A DNA stretch of 57,615 nt, the filler included, from Diploschistes diacapsis (Eukaryota): the NCBI GenBank assembly GCA_023645945.1. It is 6 parts of 6 records of this genome, joined end to end, with 100 filler letters (N's around TTAATTAATTAA, not from the genome) between each part and the next. Parts side by side here need not be neighbours in the genome. Positions count along the whole stretch, not along the records: positions 19,261 to 28,789 come from JALAIB010001032.1; positions 28,890 to 38,405 come from JALAIB010001033.1; 4 more parts are not named here. One strand, written 5' to 3'. Shown one piece after another: positions 23,946 through 36,400 of this stretch. Every line of letters starts with the position of its first letter. The first letter of the stretch is position 1. The position numbers and the translations under genes are program-made. Below the pieces are notes generated by a model. The model saw only the letters and a list, made by a program, of their open reading frames with translations, was not told the DNA's origin and did no database searches.

Positions 23946-24703
23946 AGGTGAGGGTTGGAAGAGAGCCCTGGATGGGATGGGATAAGTGGAAGTTTGGAGT
24001 GAATGAATTAAGGTGGTTTTTAGCGGCAGCAGATCAAACCACAAAAAAACTAGTACTAACCATTAAGGCCTGTCCGTGCCTGTGGAGCAGAGCCACCAAT
24101 TACTAGCAACCTTAGTAGCAGCTTGAGCACTGACTGACAGTTGTTGGGCGTGAGTAAGAGCTTAATCTGCCACAATACAAAAGAACATGTATATCTATAT
24201 TAGAGACACAACGGGAATGAAGTTCAAATTACTTAATGGCCCCAAAAAAGCTGTTTTTCACAGCTGGCGGAGAATCAATGTTCCGCTCCGTTTCTTCCAC
24301 TCTCACTCTCTCCTCTTTCCTCTTTCCTCTTTCCTTTCCTGCTGCTAAGGAGTATATACTCTGGCAGATTGGCACACTGGCACACTGAGAGAATGTAGAG
24401 AGAATGTAGCAGGTCGATAAGTAGCCGGTATTAAGAATGAACAGAAGAGCTGGAGAGATGGTGGAGTTTAGCACTGCTAAAGCCGAAGGGCACAGGATCA
24501 TCTCATGACAACGCTATTCCCCTTTCAGTGCCCACATTTCTCTAGACCAGACATAGTCTAACATAGTCTATCTATCTGTAGTATGTATACTGTATACACC
24601 GTTTGCAAGTCAAATATTTCCTCTCAACTTGCTTTCCGGCTTTTTACTTTGGCCCGGAATCAGTCTCTAAGCCTGCATCGCTCTCACTTCCTTCCTGAAA
24701 ACC

Positions 24704-27700
24704 ATGCAGCCTCTCCCTGGCTCTCAACGCTTCGCTGGTCCACCCATGGTGTCGAATTCGGGTTCACAGATCGCTGCTGCTGGCCAGCGAGGCCAAGAGA
24801 CGGGCACGCGGAGCTCGTCGGGCTCGGGCAAGGTTTCTTCGTCCGGGGGGAAGAAGAAAGACGTGAGTCGCCAATTGCGCTCTCCCCATACAGAACCTAG
24901 TCCTCCTTCTGGTCAGATAATGAGTCGATCAATTTACTGAAATGGGATCGCCGTGAACAGCAGCTATCACAGATCGAAAAGAGCGTGACCCATCTTCTCA
25001 TCGCCACAAAGCAGCTCCTCGAAACCCTGACGCGATGGTCGAGGCACAGTGCCTCCGAAGGGGAGGTGTCGGATGTCTACGTTCGACTAGGTTATGAATT
25101 CAATATCGCTTGTCGAGCCTTTCAGAGCATCGGCGTCGACGTGTCCGACCTGGGCCCGGTACCGGATCTACTGCGGCAGATACTGGAGGAAACTTTGAGT
25201 CAAGAGGCTAGTCAAGCTAGTTTGGATAGATATTTACCAAAGATACGCGATATAATCATCAACTTGCTGCATGGGCTTAAGAGGAAGCAGCAAAAGCTCA
25301 GGGCAAAGCAGAACAAAGACGCGGCGGTAATGCTTGGTGGTAGGCAGACGAGTGCAACCAGCATGAGCACCCAGGGCTCGGAGGATACGAGTCTATCAGA
25401 GATGTTGGAGGGCGTTCCTTCAAGATTTGGCAGTTCGACATCTTTAAAGACGCTAGATAGAAGAGTTGGAAGTGGCGGCAACTTCGTCAACGAACAGACC
25501 GTCCCAGTTCGCACTTCCTCCTCCCAGCACGCACATTCGCTGTCGAGAGAAGAGCAATTGGCCAGGATGGACGGCTCACCACGAGGGTCAATGAGGGAAC
25601 GCAAGCCACCGCCGCCCTCGCTTTCTGACTCGTCAATGTCCAGCACCACTATGCAGAACCTTCCCATCATGACGCCCGAAGAGTACAAGCTTCCGATACA
25701 GAGAATGTCAATGCAAGTAGAACATCCGCCCCCGCCCCCACCACCGAAACAGCAAGATGCATTGCTGGCTCTGCAAAGGGGAGGCGAACTAGAGAGAAGG
25801 GCTTCGCGACGATATTCGGCCTACCAGATATCAAAACACTTGGGCGCTTCTCCCGGAGGCGTTCCAATGTTACCGACGCAAAGTTCCCCGATTCCCAACC
25901 GTGGCCGTGACGTGAGAGATTCCTTAAATGCGGTGAGGACGCGGAGCTCTCTTGTACCAAATCGCTCGAGATCGACGCGGCTGCGGGAGTCACCATCGCG
26001 AGCAGCCACTGTTGCAAGCAGAATATCGGAAGAGGGCGAAGAAATCGAACCCCCTAGAGTCAATACAAGAGCACTCCCGCCACCTGCTCCGCAGGACGAC
26101 AGCCCTTTGGTAAAGACACCAGAGGATAAATTGGGTGCTTCCTATGTTGACTCTTCGGGATATGAGCGGCCCGCAGTAAGCGCAACGCTCAGAGGCCCAC
26201 CTCCAGACGAATTCGACCCTCGATATGCGGCACCGTCGGCGAAGCCTTTGCCCGACACTGAGTCTGAGCCAGAAAAGACGATAATCCACGTGGCTCGTGA
26301 CTCGCGGGAGAATGAGCAATTCATTCCGGAGCAGTCTCCGCAGCCCGGCAAGGAACTCACGCTGTTCCTACAATACAAGTCCAAGATAAAGAAGTTTGTG
26401 CTTCCCGAAGGCTCCAACGAGCTTTCCGTTGCTAGACTGCAGCTTGCATTCATTGAGAAGTTTGCGTGGAACACCCACAATCATGGTGTAGACCTTCCTG
26501 AAATCTACATTCAAGACCCCGTTTCTGGCGTACGGCACGAACTGGAAGATCTTGCCGATATCAAGGACCGGTCGGTTCTTGTGCTCAACGTCGAGCCTCT
26601 CGACGAAGTCAAGCGACATTTCGATGAGGGTCTCGGCGGACTCAAGAGGGCTGTCGAAGGAATCCGGACCGCAGTGGATGGTCAAAAGCTGACCATCGCA
26701 CAAGTTTCTGATCGGCAGGATGCGACTGCAAAGGAAATGGCCCGCCTTGCCCCATTGCCGCCTCCGACTGCTCGCCGCTCGGAGCCCGTACAAGTCAACG
26801 GCATTCGACCTATTGTCGCTTCTGATGCCTCCAAGGGAGAGATTTCGTCTTTGCGCCGCGATCTCGCCGTCATGCGCCAGACCTGGACTAGCTTCTCCAC
26901 CGATATCAACACCTCAATGGCCGCAATCAGGACCAAAGCCGAATCCGTCAAGGCCAAAGCCATCAACGTCAACATTCCCGTCCTCGAAGGTGACACTGGG
27001 CGAGCATACGTGCTGGCCGGTAAGAAGACCCTCAGCGATGATACCGATGCCATTGTCACCCGCGTGGACGACCTACAGGACGTCGTTGAAGACCTCCGCA
27101 AGGACGTTGTCAACCGCGGCGTACGCACCCTCCCAAGACAACTCGACCAGGTCAACAAAGACATCAGCCTAGCCTCCAAAGAACTAAAGAAGATGCAGGA
27201 CTACGTCAAACGCGAGAAGCCCTCCTGGACGAAGATCTGGGAGAAGGAGCTCGAGACTGTGTGCAATGAGCGAGAGTTCCTGACGGTGCAGGAGGACCTC
27301 ATCATGGATCTGGAAGACGACATGGAGAAGCTGATCCAGACGGTCGCACTGGTCGAGCAGGCGACGAAGCAGCAGAATGCACAATCGAACACTGGACAGC
27401 CCGGCCACAGTGTTAATCTAAGGAGCACTTCGAAAGGTCTGAACCTCGATACTACAGATATCGACCCCATGAAAGCCAAGGACGGTGTACTGGGTGCAGT
27501 CCGCGCCTTGCAGCCTAATCACGAGAACCGACTGGAGGCCATTGAGCGAGCGGAGAAGGCACGTCGGAAGGAATTGGAGAGCAGGCGCGAGAATATCGCG
27601 TTCAAGCGCGAACTGGGCAAGTTCGTCGAAGACGGGAAACTGAAGAAGAGCGGCGGGATCGAGGAAACCGAGCGGGCAAGGAGAGCTCAGGACGAGCGGA

Positions 27701-28020
27701 ACATGCGCGAGGAGTGGGAAGCGCAGGAAGTAAAAAAAGCGGCCAGAGCAAAAGCGAGAGCCGATGAGAGGGCGAGGCAGGAGAGAGCGCAGGCCGCGCT
27801 AGCTAATGGCGAGATTTTAGAAGAGGAAGTCCCTGAAGATAGCATACCGAGCGGCATCGGCGACCAAGTCGAGGAAGCGGACGAGGCGGACGAGGGCATC
27901 TTCGAAGAAGCTACGGAAACTCCCCCGCCAGTACCGGACAAGGAAGAGTTTGAACAGTCGAGGGAGCCGCCGTTGCCCGAGCTGCCGAAGTTTGAGGGCG
28001 AGCCTGGTAAGTCCTTCTGA
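24704..28020 (+). CDS. BUD6: Actin-interacting polarisome protein Bud6/Aip3; exons 24704-24862 and 24961-28020
   Basis: Intron 24863-24960 gives QLSQIEKSVTHLLIATKQLLETLTRW. Also ELERRASRRYS, LTLFLQYKSKIKK, VDDLQDVVEDLRKDV, WEKELETVC and LQPNHENRLEAIERAE of the AIP3 domain. 3' end uncertain. Confidence 0.9.
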
Positions 28021-28631
28021 TGCGGCACGGTGCAAGAGGAGGAGCTGATGCCACCAAAGTCTCGCCGTCGAGGAGGCCGTCCTGGTTGCCTTCTATCTTT
28101 AGCTCTAACTGATTGAGCGGTACTGCTATTCAAACACGACCGCCGCCGCTCAAGTATTCTGACAAGTCAACCCGGAGGAGCCTTGTTTCGCTTTGAAACT
28201 CGCCAAAACAGTCTCTGCTCAGGCTCCGGACTACATATACCTCATTAAGTCCTTACTATCCCAATTGAACAACGCACGGGATGGTCACCGCCCGAGCAGC
28301 TACCGCCTTCCCCACCGATTTAACACTAATGGCCACATTTCCTTGCTTTTCTTTTTTGGTCCGCATCTCAACGAGCGAGAAGTCGATTACGCATTTTCAG
28401 CCGAACCCCGGTCGTTCGAAGCAAGCGTCCAGCGAACAAGTGAATAAGCGAGCGACCAACTTTGAATTTTTTTCGGGGTTTTGATAGTGAAGAATCCACA
28501 CAGCGTGGACACGAAGACGGAAGCGCGGGGGCGGGTCGTAATTGCCGCTGTAGCCCACAGTCCGGATGGGGAGGTCTACGTGCTCAGCAACTGATGGAGA
28601 GAGCCAGATGGGAGAAGAGTAGAGAGGAGAG

Positions 28632-28688
28632 TGGCATGGCATGGCATGGCATGGCATGGCACAGCATAGCACAGCATAGCATAGCATA
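28632..28688 (+). repeat. Compound pentanucleotide microsatellite (TGGCA)6(YAGCA)5
   Basis: Six TGGCA units, then CAGCA/TAGCA units, read directly. Confidence 0.9.
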
Positions 28689-28789
28689 CCAAACCCACTG
28701 GCAGCTAGTCAGCCAGTCATTCCGGCTCCTGGAAGAAGTTGCAGACCAACACAACGCCTCCGTCCCCGCTCGAGGGGGAGGGGGGGGAA

Positions 28790-28889
28790 NNNNNNNNNNN
28801 NNNNNNNNNNNNNNNNNNNNNNNNNNNNNNNNNTTAATTAATTAANNNNNNNNNNNNNNNNNNNNNNNNNNNNNNNNNNNNNNNNNNNN
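28790..28889. other. Artificial contig linker
   Basis: N44-TTAATTAATTAA-N44. Confidence 0.98.
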
Positions 28890-29456
28890 GGAAGGAGGGC
28901 GCGGGCTGAGGAGCAGAAGGAAAACAAGGGGGACATGGAAGATTGGGGGCAGATGTTCAAGGCATGTACACTTCAATGTACGGGAGCGCCCGACCCCGGC
29001 CATATCAATTACTTTTACAAGTCCAGTCCCATTTCCCCTCAGCACGTCTCACGCTGCACGTATCCCGAATCCCCAGCGAAATCGTCTCCCTTCTCTCCCG
29101 CGCCCCAACCCTCGCTAACCAGCAACACTCCACAGACACGGCCCACTCTAAGCGACTGGGGCCAAAAGACGATGCAAAAGGACGACGGCCGCGGGCTAGA
29201 AAACTACCGCGCCCAGTGGAACGTGCGCTCGCTCGACGGCCTGCCGGGCCTGCGCGCCGCACGGAGAGACAACGGGGAGATCCTGCTCGTTGGCGACGCG
29301 GCAGCGACGGCGAGAAAGATGGGGATGCAGTGGCGGGCAGTGCTTTTAGGGGTGTTTATTGCGGTGGCGCTTGCTTGGGTGTCTGTCGCGGTGGGGTTGA
29401 TGGAGGTTGGGATTCGTGGGGAGGAGGGACTCGCGTGGCTTGCGGTCGAGTCTTAG
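28890..29456 (+). CDS. 3' fragment of a pyridoxamine 5'-phosphate oxidase-family (FMN-binding split barrel) protein with a C-terminal TM helix; 5'-truncated by the contig edge
   Basis: RPTLSDWG...LENYRAQWNVRSLDGLPGL resembles the family C-terminal NxxSxDGLPGL motif; hydrophobic AVLLGVFIAVALAWVSVAVGLM tail. Probable intron 28962-29135. Confidence 0.65.
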   Translation, partial: GRRARAEEQKENKGDMEDWGQMFKACTLQCTGAPDPGHINYFYKSSPISPQHVSRCTYPESPAKSSPFSPAPQPSLTSNTPQTRPTLSDWGQKTMQKDDGRGLENYRAQWNVRSLDGLPGLRAARRDNGEILLVGDAAATARKMGMQWRAVLLGVFIAVALAWVSVAVGLMEVGIRGEEGLAWLAVES

Positions 29457-29711
29457 GCGAGGGAGGGAGGGTGAGGCGGGAGGCCCAGAAACTACTTCCG
29501 TGGGATGAACTGGGGGTGTTTTTCTTCTTCTTTTTAAACGAGGAATGGGAAATCGGGGATCCCACTACCCCGCATATCTGATATCTGTCGACCTGCCAAC
29601 TTATAGTCGAAAACCTTTGACAATGCTGAGTTTGCCGTATGGGGGCTGCGCCGAGAGTAGTCGAGCTAGCCGCTTCAGGATTAAGCCAAGTTGCTAAGCC
29701 TGGAGTGTGAA

Positions 29712-29783
29712 TATTCGCCGTGAGAATCGAAACCCCACGACCTTCCGCCCAGCGGTCGTCTTCACCATTCAGACTATGTATAT
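29712..29783 (-). pseudogene. Degenerate tRNA-like sequence (tRNA pseudogene or SINE head)
   Basis: Minus strand: A-box-like TAGTCTGAATGG, D-stem GTCT/AGAC, variable loop AGGTC, T-arm GTGGG-GTTTCGATT-CTCAC. Anticodon arm is short and the acceptor stem mismatched. Confidence 0.45.
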
Positions 29784-30412
29784 TAATTACTAGCTGTACA
29801 CAGTGGGTCCATTACCTTAGTGCTAATGCAGCGTGCTACGATATGGAGTTGAAAACCATGGATAACACATAACACACCCATACCCTGCCCAACGAGCCAG
29901 CGGTTCACACCAGGTATCTCGTCAGTCTACTCTTGGTGATTTAAAAGAAGAAAAAGCGGTCACGTTTCCAGAATGACTGCTTTCTGTTCGGTTCGTATCG
30001 ACGCCAGTCAAAATGGTAGAGTTGCCTTTTCTGCCAGGCGATGCAGAGATCGGAAGAAAAGATCCTTTTGTTTTAAGAGGTGATGATCCCCGTCCGTAGC
30101 ACGAGTCCTGGCGGCTATGTTGCTGGATGTGCTGTGATAAGCTGCCCCACTGGCAAACAAACCGGATAGGGACATCTTTCCACACGACGCAGCGGAGGAA
30201 GTAGGAAAATACTTTTCTGAAACTTCACTCACCTGTGTTACTTAATCTTCTATTGACTGGTATTCTTATGGCTTGGTCCGTCCAAAGCTGGCTTTGAAGA
30301 ATAACGAAACCTGGTAGGAGCACGCTAGCCTTGCGTTGGCCTCGCCCTATTGCCTTTATCAGTAGCAGAGATAACTTCATGGTGATCACAAACCAAGCTC
30401 TCCCAATCAGAT

Positions 30413-33400
30413 ATGGCAGAAGCCAATGCGTAAGTAGACCTATATTGATACAAGAGAAATTGACCTGAGCCTGTTTCTTTAGTAGCAAACCCTGCTTCGA
30501 TTTCATGCGTGGGAAATGCAAATACGGAAAAAAATGCAAGTTCCTTCACGAGTCCAAGGCCACCTCAAAAGCATCGTCTCGCGAGTTGTGCCCGTACTTG
30601 GGCACATCAAAGGGATGCTTCAGAGGGCAGCAGTGCAGGTTTTCGCACGAAATTGTGGCGGGTAACGGTGCCAGCACACAACCCTCGCAGGCGACCGCTA
30701 GGTCACGACCACGGACCGAAGTCGAGACCGGCTTCCGAGAATGGACATTCCTTATACCGAAGCAGAGAACGCGATTCCAAGTTTTGGAAATAGGGAAGTT
30801 CTTCAGGATGGGTTGGGATCTTGCCAGTAAAGAGGATACCGAGACCGGGCAGCAGATCATCAAGAAGCTAGCGACAGAAGAAGGGCTGGCCATGATCAAG
30901 GCCCTTGTGGATGAACAAGCGGATGGCGTCGGCTTGGAAACAAGGCTGCGTGAATTCAAAGACAGAACACTTCCTTTTTTCCGAACCATTTCTCTCCCGG
31001 ATATTCTATCGTCCCTGATATTGGAAACCTCACTCGATACTATTTGCACGTTTCTTTTTGGTCCAAATGGTCGTCGTGCTATTAAATTGTTCACAGCTAC
31101 GGCTTCTGCTCTTGGAGCCCTAGCTTGGGATGAAACAGCCAAGGATGAAGATCTGACATCGATTGCGGTAACGGCGAGCTTAGCAGTACTGGAAAGAATT
31201 GTGGAGCTAAACCAAGGCGCCCAGGTCATTGTCGAGTTCACGTCAATCGTGAATGACTTATCAACTACTATTCCAGAACAGCTCCTCCAGACAGGGAGCC
31301 GAAGTTTAGCACGTATTCGCCAACGGCTTGGTGTTGGAGCTGCAATCCCTCTGTCAGAGGACCGCTCAACAGCGCAACAGAGCCATCGACCGCTTTTCGA
31401 ATTGGCTCTAGATCCTCCTGGTATACTATCCGAATCAGGTCCACGCCACGATAATGATCACACACATATCTCCAACATCAAGATTCTGCCAACTACCGAC
31501 GAAATTCAATCATCACGTTCGGAGTACCTCCCCCCAAGCGATCCTGCGAAGCAACATCTTCCAGGCCTAGCCGGCTTGCTCGACCGACAGTTTAGACTTC
31601 TGCGTGAGGATACAGTTGGTCAGTTCCGGGATGCGGTGCAGGTGGAATGTAAGCGGCTCACCACACGCGCCAAGGCTCAGTCGCCATCGAAACGACAGAA
31701 CAATAGCGTTCGGCATATCATCTATCAGAACGTTGCTCTGCTTCGGCTCGAATTCGACCGGAAGAGAGGGCTTCAAGTTGTGGCTGAGTTTGACCAACCC
31801 TCCGGATTGGCGAAAAAAGGAACCAAGGAGCGAGAAGAGTGGTGGAAGAATACCAAGCAACTGCAGATCGATGCTTTTGTATGCCTTGTCTCTTCCACAG
31901 GTCGTGTTATCTTCTTCTCAGTTTGTGATCCTGCTCCGACGCCTCCGCCACAGAAAAAAATAGATGAACAAGATAAGGATCGATTAGCCAAATATCAGAG
32001 AGCCTTCGATGAGCGACCGAACTTGTTCAAGCATGCAAACCGAGCCACTTTGATGTTGAGCCTGGTGGAGGATGCTTCAGAAGATATCACTTGGATCAAC
32101 AGTCACCTGGGAAAGGCTGGCAAGCTACAACAGTCGCTTGTGGAGTTCCCAGGAATCCTGCTAGCATCCTTTCAACCGACTCTGCAAGCCATTCAGAAAA
32201 TGAGCCGCACCCTCGACCTCCCATTCTCTCAATTCATCGCCTCGCACATACAACATGCAGGAGATGTCGAACTGCCTGCCCCTGCCTACTTTCGCAAGCC
32301 TGGTTTCGCCTTTGACCTGGAGACCTTAACTGGTGGAGAGCAGCTAAAACTGAGACTCGGCCAGCCTTTCGACGATACCATCCTCCGCGAGAGATCCACA
32401 CTCGATAATGCGCAGCGCCTTGCTACCTTAAATGCTTTAAGGAGCTGTATTGCGCTTATTCAGGGCCCTCCTGGCACTGGCAAAAGCTACACCGGTGTAG
32501 CTATCATCAAAGCGTTGCTGAAGAATCGCAAAGCAGCTCAACTTGGGCCCATAATCTGTGTATGCTACACAAATCACGCTTTAGACCAATTACTCGAGCA
32601 ACTGGTCAAGGACGGCGTGGAACAGCTCATTCGTTTAGGATCCAGGTCGAAATCAGAATTACTCCAGAACTTGAACCTCTACCACATATCAAAGGAAGTC
32701 AGGCCCACAAAGATCGAAGGCTATGAAAAATACCAACTATACGAAAAATTAGATATCGTTCTTGAAGAGATTGAGAAATTGATGCAAGGCCTGAGAGATC
32801 CAGCTCACTGGACTAATATCAAAGATTATCTCGAGACCCATCAGAATAACCATTTCCGACAGCTTTTCGGACGAGGGGTCGATGAACAGGGGTTTCAGGA
32901 GGTAAAAGGCAAGAGGTTTAATGTTCTGAACAGCTGGCTCAAAGGATCACCCAAGCGAATGACTTCGACTCGTGCGGTCCCAGAACTTCTTAGCATTGGC
33001 CTAAATGATATGTCCGGCCTCGAGCGAAGAGTATTGCATCAATATTGGACCCAGGAGAGCACGAGAGAGCTTAACGGCCGTTTCTTACATGCTCTCGATT
33101 CATATCGAGAGATCAGAGATTCGCTTAAGAAGTGTCACCAGGAGCTAGATCTGCGTTGCCTTCTTCGCGCACACGTCATTGGTGTGACCACCACTGGTCT
33201 GGCACGAAACTTGGACGTCCTGCGCCGCGTAAGGGCGAAAGTAGTGATAATCGAAGAAGCGGGCGAAGTGTTAGAAGCACACACACTTACAGCATTTCTG
33301 CCTTCTATCGAGCATGCCATTCTTATTGGGGATCACGAGCAGCTGAGGCCCCAAATCAACAATTATGAGTTCCAGCACGAAAATCCCCGGGGCACAAAGT

Positions 33401-36400
33401 TCTCTTTGGATATCTCGCTTTTCGAACGACTGATTCATCCTCAATCTGGATATCCGAAGCTACTTTATAGTTCGCTGGAGGTTCAGCGTCGGATGCATCC
33501 GTCAATTTCGGAGCTGATTAGATCCACACTCTATCCTAAATTGCAAGATCACCCGTCGGTATCCACGTACCCAGAAGTCGATGGAATGCGGAAACGTCTC
33601 TTCTGGCTCGATCATAACAAGAAGGAGGATACTGCATCCTCGAATCCAGCGCAGTCGTTTTCCAAGACTAACACCTGGGAGGTTGAGATGACAACTGCTC
33701 TAGTCTCTCATCTTGTCCGGCAAGGAATCTACCAGAATGAAGATATCGCAGTCCTGACTCCCTATCTAGGGCAGTTGCAGAAACTCAAACAGCGCTTGCG
33801 ATCCTCCTTCGCAATAGTAGTTGGCGACAGAGACTTGGAAGATTTGGAAGCAAAGGGACTGGAGGATGACAGTGGAAATGAGACAGTTGCAACTGCAGGT
33901 AGGGTTCGGAAGACGACTTTATTGAACGCGTTGAGGATCGCCACAGTGGACAACTTCCAGGGCGAAGAAGCCAAGGTCATCATCATCTCATTGGTCCGGA
34001 GCAACGACGAGCGGAAATGCGGGTTCCTGAAAACGTCGAACCGCATTAATGTCTTGCTCAGTCGCGCCCGCCATGGGATGTACATTGTCGGCAATGCACA
34101 TACTGCACGTTGTGTTCCTATGTGGGACGATGTTATCACGATCCTTGAGAACGACGGAAATGTAGGTCAGGCTTTGGCGCTCTGCTGCCCCCGACATAGG
34201 GAGACACCAATCGAAGTATCCGAGCCTGATGACTTCTCTATCCTCTCGCCCGAAGGTGGGTGCGATAGAAAGTGCATCTCACGGCTTACATGCGGACATG
34301 CCTGCATCAATAAATGTCATTCGGAACCACTACATAATGCAGTTAGGTGCCTGGAGCGCTGCCAGAGGGTAAAGAAAGGCTGTGACCACGCATGCCCGAG
34401 GGTTTGTGGAGACCCTTGCGATCCAAAATGTCAGATTCAGTTGCCAAATATTGCCTTGCCTTGTGGACATGTTCGTAAACAGTTGGCATGCCATCTTGCA
34501 CAAACACCAGAAGCTGTGAAATGTACGGTATTGGTAGAAACGGTCATGCTAGGCTGTGAGCATACTGTAAAGGTTCGTTGCTGGGAACTTCCACTTGCAG
34601 CAAACCATCCGTGCAGCGCTGCATGCGGCGCCGCCCTCGAATGTGGCCATGACTGCAAGCAAACTTGCAAAAACTGCAATACTAGAGATAAAGATGGCCA
34701 CATCCTGAAGTCCGACCATGGTGTCTGCCTGAATTCATGTGGTAGGCAATATACCACCTGCAGCCACGCTTGCTCAGGGGCTTGCCATGGAAATAAGCCA
34801 TGTCGGCTGTGCGTGGAGCCATGCGAGGTTCGGTGCAGTCATTCACGCTGTAGCAAAAAATGCCACCAGCCTTGCACTCCCTGCGTCGAAAACTGCACTT
34901 GGTCTTGTCCACATCGGGGCGCCTGCAAACTACCATGCGCAGTACCCTGTGACCTGCTTCCATGTTCTAAACGCTGTTCGTTAACACTGAGTTGTGGCCA
35001 TCGGTGTCCTTCCGTCTGCGGAGAGATATGTCCTGGGGTCCAGTATTGTCAACAGTGCGCCGACAAGTCAGTCAAGGATATGATGGTTGATTACATTATG
35101 GGATCTTCTTATGCCGAGATTGATCTTGACGAATCCCCTTGCCTTGTACCATCTTGTGGTCATATACTTACGCTGGAAAGTATGGATGGTCATATGGACA
35201 TGTCCAAATATTACACCATGTCTAGTGACACTGATGCTGAGAACCCGATCATTGCATTGAAGTCGAGCTCGGTTCCATTCGCGACCTCGGACCTGAAGAA
35301 CTGCCCTTTATGCCGGAAACCTCTTCGTAATATCAATCGGTATGGCCGCATAGTCCGAAGAGCGTGGATCGATGAAGCAACCAAGAAATTCATCGTTTGG
35401 GCAAACGCGCAGTTCGTTCCATTGGCCTCTAGGATGGAACAGGAGGAAGCTAAACTTCGAGAGCCCGTCACCGAAAGGCAGACCCTCAAGTCTCCGCTGC
35501 TTGGACACACAGAGCTAGCTCCGGCGCTTGACAGGCTTTCCCTCGAACCGGTTCGACTTACCGGATCCCGCTATGAACAGATATGTGTCATTCTCAGGGC
35601 CTCAAAAACAAACGCTAGATACAAGAGCATCTCCTTGCTCCGCATCGACATCGAAAAGTTTCTCCGTGAAGTCGACGAAGCGGAACAACCTATAAGCCGC
35701 ATACACTCTCTTGTACAAGATGCCCGTAATCATCGTGGGGTAAGCACCGAAATCACCGACATACCATCCGTCCTTCAAGTCCGCAATCGGCTCCTAGCAA
35801 CAGTGCTGCTCTTCCGCTGCGACTATGCCATCTTTTCCGACTTCTTCACTCGTCGCGGTGGGACGGCCCCAGAAAGAAGTCTACGAGACTGCCGCCTCGA
35901 CCTTGCGACCAATCGCAAAGACTGCAAGATTCTGATCCAAGATTCCCAATCCCGGCAACAACCCGCACAGGAAGTCGAAGGTCTCCTATATTACGCTCGT
36001 TTCGTCGCCCTGGAGCGCGGCCGCTCAGCCAGCCTCTCCGACGCGGACATGACGACCCTCGTCGACCGTGCCAAGGACCACCTCCACCTTGCACGTACAA
36101 TCTGCAACGCCCATCCCGGTCAAACCGCGGGCATGCTAGCGGAGGTGTCTGAAGCGGAAAGAATGCTCCGCGACGCAACGTTCTACGCACCGGTGACGAA
36201 TGCCGAGAAGGCAGCCGTGTACGCCGCCATGGCGCAGAGCTTCCAAGGCACGGGACACTGGTACTATTGCGCCAACGGACATCCTTTTACGGTGGGCGAG
36301 TGCGGCATGCCGATGGAGACTTCGAGGTGTCCGCAATGTGGAGCTACTGTGGGAGGGACGCATCATCGACCTGCGGCGGGAGTGACGCGGGCGGCAGATT

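Noticed and set aside
23612..24106. K/R-rich (164 aa) and E-rich (81 aa) ORFs
   Set aside because: Translations of the purine-rich simple repeat upstream of and antisense to PBP1.
547..28020. PKS gene cluster including TPS2, UTP15, PBP1 or BUD6
   Set aside because: These are housekeeping genes on different, unlinked contigs.
29712..29783. Functional tRNA-Pro(TGG)
   Set aside because: Anticodon arm is 4 nt short, the T-loop is enlarged and the acceptor stem has 3 mismatches.
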